Positions 46,101 to 55,100 of a stretch of DNA of 58,661 bases are shown piece after piece. Numbering within the stretch: position 1 is the first letter of the stretch; each line of letters starts with the position of its first letter. The notes beneath the pieces are model-generated. The model worked only from the letters and a program-made list of their open reading frames with translations. It searched no databases and had not been told where the DNA came from. A program made the position numbers and the translations under genes. The stretch lies in assembly GCA_964368255.1 (NCBI GenBank), contig CAYJBW010000002.1:1-58661 (forward strand), in the 5' to 3' direction. The DNA comes from an uncultured Christensenella sp. GTDB lineage: Bacteria; Bacillota; Clostridia; Christensenellales; DTU072.

Positions 46101-49100
46101 CCCTATACAATATAGATAACGGAGTAATCAACATTACTAATCCTTATCAATACTATGTGGCAGGCAGTGAATACGGCTTAGATGTAAGCCTAATTCCTAC
46201 CACAATTTCTGCAATTATTACGGCGCAAAATTATTCTTCTACGGAAATAAATACGCACTATGTTGACTGGGTATTTAAGAAAGATGTGTTTACCGAGAGC
46301 ATATTTAGAACGGGCATAAATAGAGCGCTTTTTGCCACCGCAACGCTAAAATGCTACTACGATATTACTAAGAGAACTGAGCTTGAGCAGATAGGACAGA
46401 CACAGGCTATCGAACTGTATATAACCGTTCAGCCTATGGACTTTTATGGAATAAGCTACCAACAAATGCCCGTAATTGAAGGCATGGATGACGACAGCAA
46501 TATAAAACTTAACACCATAACCTTAGACCCATACAACGATGTAATGCATTATAACGGCAACTTGACATTGCCGAATAAGGGACTAAATGTGTTCTTTAAT
46601 AATTTAGGGGAAAGCTATACCTTTAGCGATGTGACATTTAGGTTAGTAGACGACACAAATAGACCAAGAGATATAGTTTCTGCCATTACCTATGACCAAT
46701 ACGGACATACTCTTGCCAGTTATGCGTATTTGACCGATCCAGGCAGGATAAAACTTAGGATGTATCTGCCAGGATATTCCTATGAAGAAGACAATTACCA
46801 GTCAGGCATAGTAATTTATGTTGTAATATATCGTAGAGTTGTGGAAGATGTAACGCTACCTAACCTTGCAACTAATGAAAGCGGCGCAGTTAGTCAAATT
46901 GCCCTGCCTTCACTATACTTTATTGATCCATATAATAGCGCAACATATCCACTTCCTGTTGTAGCGGATGTAAAGTTTGAAGAAAGCACAGAGTTTAGTA
47001 CACAAAGAATTGTTAAGTGGGAATTTTTTGACGGTAGTGACTGGAAGAACCTTAATGATACAGAGTTGTTCTACTTGCAAGCTAGCACCGCATATCAGAA
47101 TATTCAATATGGATATTTCCGCAACACAGCAAGCGCATACCAAGGTGGCAACTACCTACTTCGCGGATTTATACGGGTGGGAGAAGGGGCTACAGGCATT
47201 GTGGGTGAACAGTCCTTTGAAGTGCAAGTAATTGTACTAAACAGGAAGCTAGAAGCAACCTACAAAACAACTCATGCGTTTAACGACCCATTAGGCGGAA
47301 TTTTGGGTGATGTACCCAATACACTTGCCCAAATAATGTTTGTAGATTATGACAAATATTATATTGGTGTTATTGACGAGCAGTACTACTATAGCAACTG
47401 GAGCACACCTGTTTTGCCAGAGATTAGCTGGACGAGATATATTACTGATGACGAGATTGCTTCAATTGGTGGCTTTGATAGAGATATTACTGGCTATATT
47501 TCCAATACCAACGCCAATACAAAGTATCTATATAATTTATATAATCAACAGGTAAAAGCAGAATATGACTTGCTAATAAAAGCGTTAATGTGGGACAACT
47601 ACTTTAACAGTGACGGCAATCCTATTGTTAGCTATTCAACGCAAGCTGCTGCTGAGCTTGTAGCGATGAATGAGGAGTTAGAAAACGATGTAATTTTTGC
47701 AACCTATAATTTGCTTAAAAACAAGCTAAACAACAGCACAGAAGAAGAAGAAAGGGCGAATGGCTTATACCTTGTCAATGGGCTAATCATTCTAATGAGC
47801 GAAAAAACAGGCTTTAATCCAAGTGATTATTTAGATAGGTTAAGCGTCGCTTTATATGAAGAGCTTGCAAATGAGTATGCTAGTTGGGTAGCGAGTGGCA
47901 AGAAGGAAAATGAGAAAAATAGAAACATTGATATATACATTGAGTGGGAAAATATCTATTCACAATTTAAGGGAAAAGATGCGGTAAATAGCGCAGAACT
48001 CAGTGAATACCAAAAGCTAAAAGTTCTTAAATATAACAAGCTAAACGATCCGGGCAGTAACAAATTTTCTAGCAGTGATAGAGAATACAATGCCAAATTA
48101 AAGACAAAGATATCTAATGATTTGTTAATATATATAAACAAAGAAGTATATTTGCGACTGTATGATAGGGTGACGGATGCAGAAAGAGCGCGTATGCGTA
48201 GCATTCTGGGCATGACTACAGAAAGAGCGGATTTAATAAGCAATGCTTTGCAAACATATATCAGCTATGACTGGAAAAATCTAAGTTCTTATGGTGAGAT
48301 AGCTCTTGCAAACATTTCTGCGCCGGCAATGGATTTTGAAGATATATACGAAATTGACGATGTGATGATGACTCAAGCTATTACTGAGTTCTTATTCAAC
48401 ATATACGACAGCAATGCGCTAGACGAAACAGTGCTTGCTAAGTTTATTATTTCATATTCCGATTATTATCGTCCTTATATAGAACAGGCACTTTCTACCG
48501 CTTGGGAAAACTATAGAGAAACAGTAAAAGACAAATCAATAACTGAGTATGTCAACAGAGTTATTAGAGAAACTATCAATACTATAGTACCTACCTATGT
48601 TGACGGAAACGGCACTATTCAAAAAGTTGTGGACTTTGATTATATTAGTTACCAACCTACTAGCGCAACCAATGTTTTGTATTGGGATGAGATTTACGCT
48701 TACAAAAGAGATAATGCAACTTCTCACATAGATGTGCTTGTAGGGACAGAAGAAGAAAAGTGGCTTATGATTTATAACGCTCATTTAATAAACGGCGACA
48801 CAGAAATGGCAGCTGTTATGGACGGGATTTTGGCAGAAATCCCAGGAAGCGTTTCCGATAAATACTCAGCAGCTATAATTGTTTATAAAAAATACTTGGT
48901 AGAACTTGCAACCGAAGATATGGACTATGTCTATGGCAAAGCAGATCAGGCGACGAATTCCCTCGTGGTAGACGCTATTTCTGACAATTCCGCTCAGTAC
49001 TCAGGTTTGGACTTCTCAGCAAGTAGAAGCTTTTCTAGCATGTACGATACTTTGGCAGATAAAGCCTTTGATTTGTTCCTAAACAGTTACGCAGAAGGTA

Positions 49101-52100
49101 GCGACAATTATAATGAAATAAATAATAAGTACCTAAACCCAAGTGACGGATTCAATGGCGATAAGCGTTTCACACTCCACTATTATCTGTATGACCCAAA
49201 TCCGCTTATGTCAATGGCTATAAGAAAGAGAGCCCAAGAAATATTCTTCTATGTACTGCAAGGCAGTGCCGCTTATGACCTAATGTATGCAAACGCAGAC
49301 AAGGTCGGGCTAACCAAGGCAAGAATAGATAGCTACATAAATGTTATGAATGTAGATATTATAACCACATATAACAATGTGTTTACCGCAGAAGAATTTG
49401 CAACATTTATTAAAGCAAAATACTTCCTGCAAATGATGAAAAACTTTAGTGGCGGAGAAAATTATGTCAAATATATGCAACAGTGGTATAAGGAAAGTTT
49501 ACTAGGAGTAAAAGACAATGCCTACAAGGCACTAGTTACAGCGTATACTAACTACGACTTAGTTAACGGACGAACCAATGTAGCGCAACTAAACAGCAAA
49601 AAACTTGCCGCCAATAATATTACACTTATCGCATTTAACTTGCTCGTAGAAATGTACCGTGAAAGGGCAACGCAAAAGACATCCTTTATGCAGGAGAAAA
49701 AACAGTATCTTGACAATAATATTTATTCCTTTGCCAGAGTTATTTATGAAGAACTTATGGTAAGTGAGACATTTGGCTATAAGAATTATTTGACAATGGA
49801 TGATACTCTTACTGCACTTCGCAAGGCAGACGCGGTAATATATTATTATGATAATGTAGCTAGCAATGAAGAAAAGCAAATAATAGACTATGAGCTTGCA
49901 TTCAACCAACACAATCACAGTATCGTATATGATATTTTGCTTAATCGCTATGATGTTAGCGAAAGTTTTGGCGAAGGACTAATAAATAGCTATTTTTATA
50001 GCATTCTTATGACCATGCTTTCTAGCGTGGAGCTAGATGTTATTACAAACACAAATGTGTCAGGTGCCGAACCGCAATATGTGTATTATTCCAACCTAAT
50101 AAATAATATGATACTTGCTGGTTGCGAAGATAGAACATCGGGGAGTTTGACAGGTATAGACAGACCGAACTTGTTATCAATTTATACCAAAGAAGACTAT
50201 TTGGCTTATGTTTATCAGGAAGCAATAACAGCTTATACCCAGAAAATAAATGCAAGCGAAATTATCCTTACCAAAACCTATTATTACGACATATACAATC
50301 TATTATATTCAGCAAATAAAGAGCAGTTTGATGATATCCTAACTCAGATTTATGCTTCTTATGTACAAAGTGGCAATATGGGCGACAGTGAAGGCATTAA
50401 GTACAACGCGTTCGATATACTAAGTGATAATATGGTTGCTAAAGAACTACATAATTTGTTTGTAGCCATTGAAGAAATCAAAGAAGAATTGTCGAGAGCA
50501 ACCTATTATGACGAGTTAAGTTTGTTCACAATAGGTAGCGATTATGAGGATATGCGCAACGCTATTTATGATGCTTTTAGCAATGGATACTCTAGTGTGT
50601 ATGAAACGGCCAGTGAAGAACAACAAGCAATTATTGATAATGTAATCAATAAGAACTTGTTTGGACAAATAAGCGACATTGAAGAGAATTTGTTAGAAAT
50701 AGTAAATATATATAACGATATAAAACTAATTAGTAATGAAGAAATTCAGAGCTTTATTGACGCTATAATATTAAACTGGGAGAGCGTATCAATAGCAGAT
50801 TATGGTAGCAATAAAGACAAAGAAATAATTAGCGCCATTGTTTTGGAAATAAAGCAAAATCTCTATGAAATGTATGATTCTATTGACCAAGGCAGAACAA
50901 ACTTTTTTGCAATAATGGCTCTAATCTCCATTGTCGGAGAGTACAAATTAGAGTTAGAAAAGCTCGATAAAAACCTATTTGAGCGCGAATATCTAACAAG
51001 TGGCGACTTGAGCGGACTACAAAGCGCGTTAAAGAGCAAATCTGTTATTGCTCTAGAAAAGGTGCTAGAATTAAACGAACTATATATTGCCAAAGCATTG
51101 GTTGATACGAGAATTGCGGAGCATAGCTACGACTTTGTAATAAGCAATAACGACGCATCACCCACTTACGAGGAGTATGAAGCAAAAATAATAGATAGAT
51201 TGTTAAAAACCAGTTCTGCAAGTTTGCTTGAGAGCATTCAAAGCGGTGGCAATCTAACCCTTTATTCTTACTATAATTATGTTTATAACAGTGTTGTTGT
51301 AGGGGGCGCACCTAATCCTAATGTTATTGGCAAACTTCCACTTTCATATTACTTAACATTTATTGACGGAACTAACTCTTATTCGGATGTATCTTATCAA
51401 AAAGCCTTTGATGCAATGTCCAATGAGAGAGAAGTTAGTTTGGTGCTTTTTGTAAGCGACAATATAGAAAGAGCTACTAGCACTACGCCACTAGAAGACA
51501 GGAATAGGCATGTGCTGAAACTTGACAAAACCAAGCTAGAAAATAGCCAAGAGTCTTCTCAGATTGATTCTGTATATGTATCTAATAGCAGCAAAGTTCA
51601 AAATAACAACAACTTCAAAAAAGACGGCGTAGTTTATAAGTTCGTCCAAATGAACATTACCTATGTGGACTATTTTAATAACAGTGAAGAAAGCACTATA
51701 GAAGACTACACTGAGAAAAACAAAATAATTATTGACCCACTCTATCCAGTACTTCCCACCAAGGTAAAAGCATACGCTACCATTACGGAAAATAACGAAA
51801 TTAGAGATGTGGGCATGGTAAATGTTTCTTACAGTTTGGAGTTCTACGAAAACATTTATGAAGGCGGCACAGGACAGTTTGAAATAACCCTGTCGGACAG
51901 CAGAGGTAATACCAACACCTTGATTATTGCTGTTGTTTATTTGGACAGGAAGATAGACAAAGTGTTCACAACCGATGCGTTCTATGGTGGAGATAGAGTT
52001 CTTCCTACCGATGTTTCCAATGCGACATTTATTGGATACTTCAATCAATTTAGCACTTTGGAAAACACAAACATTTTGTCTATAAATCCCATCAATGACA

Positions 52101-55100
52101 ATATATTAGACACTTACAACAAGAAGTTTATACTGCCAAACACACTGGGCGTGCGCTTCTCTAATGGCGATGTTGCGCTATATAATAATGTTGTTTGGGA
52201 CACGGGGGCACTATCTTATAGCCTAGCGGAACAGAATGTTTCGGTAAGAATAAAGTCTTATGATGTAGAAGATGCAATTAACGGACTAATAAATGCAGTA
52301 GAGTTTAACTATTCTGGTGGCGGAAGTGTAAAAATATCTATGCTTAACGCAAGTAGAGAAGTAATTTCCACTAAAATATACGAAAATGCACCGTCTTTAG
52401 CCAATTGGAATATCAAAGTAAAGACGATAAATCAAAGTATTACTACGCTGGACTATTATGACGAAGACTCATTAAAGAGCTTAGGCGCGATGGAAGGTAA
52501 TTATATCAATGTTGCTAGCACAACAATGATGCTTAATCCTTATGATTTAGAATATCCAAAAACTGTAGCCATAAATTTCTGGGACGGGACTACGATAGAA
52601 GTTAACCCAGCATGGCGTTTGCAGCCTGGCGCAGCAGGAGAGTACAAACTCAAAGATATACTTCTTGGCACTGCTCAAGATAGGATGATAATGGCTCAGT
52701 TTAGTTATCTAGGGCATGTAATTAGTGTGCGATTTGTCACAGAAGACATAGAAATTGAGAATGTAAATATCGAACTCGGCGGGTATATTGACGGTGGCAC
52801 CTTGTATTTAGTTGTTGGCGCAGGAAGCGCATATAATCAGCTACAAAAGAACTACGCTTACATGTACTACAACTTCTCCAAAGTGGAGAATGAACAGAAC
52901 TGGCAAAAAGTACCGTTGTCATTTATGGATGTGGAACTAAGCCGTATTGTTACAACCAGCCCGCATATTTATGAAGGCGAAAATGCCATTGTCGGTGTGC
53001 TTGGTTGGGATAAAGTAAACTATCCTGATATAAACTTTTCACCCAACATAAAGTTCGATGTAATAGTAATTGAGCCCAAGCTTTATAGTTACTTTGGTGG
53101 AGATAGCCTAAATACTTATGTAATACACGACTACTTTAGCACTCCTTATGATAACAACTACCAGAAGAAAAAGGATGTCAACGAACCTAATACTATAGGG
53201 AACTATTTTGTTCAACTAGGAGCAAACAGAGAGCTTGACACTTACTTTAACATTATAGCGGAACAGACCATTTACAAAGTAGTGGACAAGAAGATAAACT
53301 TCAAGGTAGCTTACGAGATGGATTCTACCAGCGATAAGCTAGCATTCTTACCTGCTGGCGGTAAGACAATAAGCTTTGAAATTACACTTAATTTGACACC
53401 TTACTTATACACCGCTGTAAGCAATATAGAGTTTTTGCAGACAAAAACTGAAGGTCAAACTGGCTACTTTACTTGGACGAAAGTTCCGCCAAGTTCATCT
53501 AGTTATGTGCCTGCTATCCACTGGCCGTTAGGCGTGACACTAAGGTCTAGCGAAATGCCCAAAGCAAGAGATGTGCTAAGCGGAGAAATAATATCTTTGA
53601 TGTGGGACCTTAATGATGTCAATATCAACTTAGCTACAAGCGAAGGGTACAAGGTGCGCGGATGGTACTATGATGCTTCTTCTACATGGAAGTACTTAGA
53701 TTTGACAATATTCGTGGACAAAGTTGACAAAAAAACCAATATACTTAACAACCTAGGTGGCAACTATGCGCTCCATAATTTCTACAATGGCAGATACTAC
53801 AAGTTACCCATAAACATAACTGATAACACCCTAAGGTTCCTAAGAAGTGACGGCACTTTTGATTATTTGCCAAGTTCTAGTTACCTAATTGAGTACAAGC
53901 TAGTCAGTCAAGACCAAGAGGAATTTAGCGCAACTGCTTATCCGCTTAATGCAGGAGAATACGAAATAAAGGTGAGAATTGACGACTACAACATGTTCGG
54001 AGAAATAATCTTTACGCTCAAAATATCTGCTGTCACAATAAGCGGTGAACTGATTGTGTTCGAAGGTGACAGTGAGACGGGCAACACAATAACTCGTGTA
54101 TACAATGGCAAAGAGCATCCTTTGTTGGTGAAGGAAGGTTTGCCAAGAGTGTCTGTTGACAAATGGTTCTCTAGCTATAACGAAAAAGACGCATTAGTAA
54201 GTGCTTATAGCAAGCAAGGTTATAGCGATACAGCAGCCAAGACTAGGGCTTATAATGATTTGTACGAAGGAGTTACTATTGCAACCAAAAGGTATCTTGA
54301 CAACGAAATAGCAAACATTAGAAGGGAAACTGATATTACTGACTCAGCCTTGCTTAATGCTACGCTGTTTGACCGCCTAGTACCCAATTTGCAAATTTCT
54401 GAAGTTGTTTATACTATTACTTACCGTAATAGCCAAGACGAAGTATTATCTGTAGCGCCTAGCGATGTGGGGCAATACACAGTACTGTTCGAAATTATTA
54501 CAAGCAATAACAGTGGAAACTATATATTCGACACAGACAGGTTGTCAAGAATTATACTAATTACTAAGCCTGACATAACCTATAGCGTTTTGTCGGATAA
54601 GATAGTGTACAGCGGACGGCGACAAAACCCGCTAATCAACAATTTGCACGATGCAGACGGCAATTTGCCTAGTGGCGTAGTTGTTACATACAATTATAGT
54701 TATATAGAAGGTGGAGAAACCAAATATGTGACTAACGGAGTAATAAATGTTGGTAGTTATCGTTGCGACATATTGATTGACGGTGGCAATAACTATCCGT
54801 CTATGAATATAGAAGATAAACTTATCACCGTTCAAGCAAAGGAAATGCATGTAGATATAGATAAGATTAGTGTGCAGTACCTAAGCGATGTAGCAAACAT
54901 AGAAGAGAGCGTTGTATTTAGCGGACTTGTAGGTACAGACCGTCCCAGAGATTTTGGCAAGATTATTACGGAAACGGAAGTAAAGAGCTATTATACATTA
55001 GGATTATATCAAGCAGGAATACTTGGATTTAAGCTTAATGCAGAAAGTGAGCATATCTATACAACTTTTGATATGGGACAAATTTTTGAAGCAGACGGCA

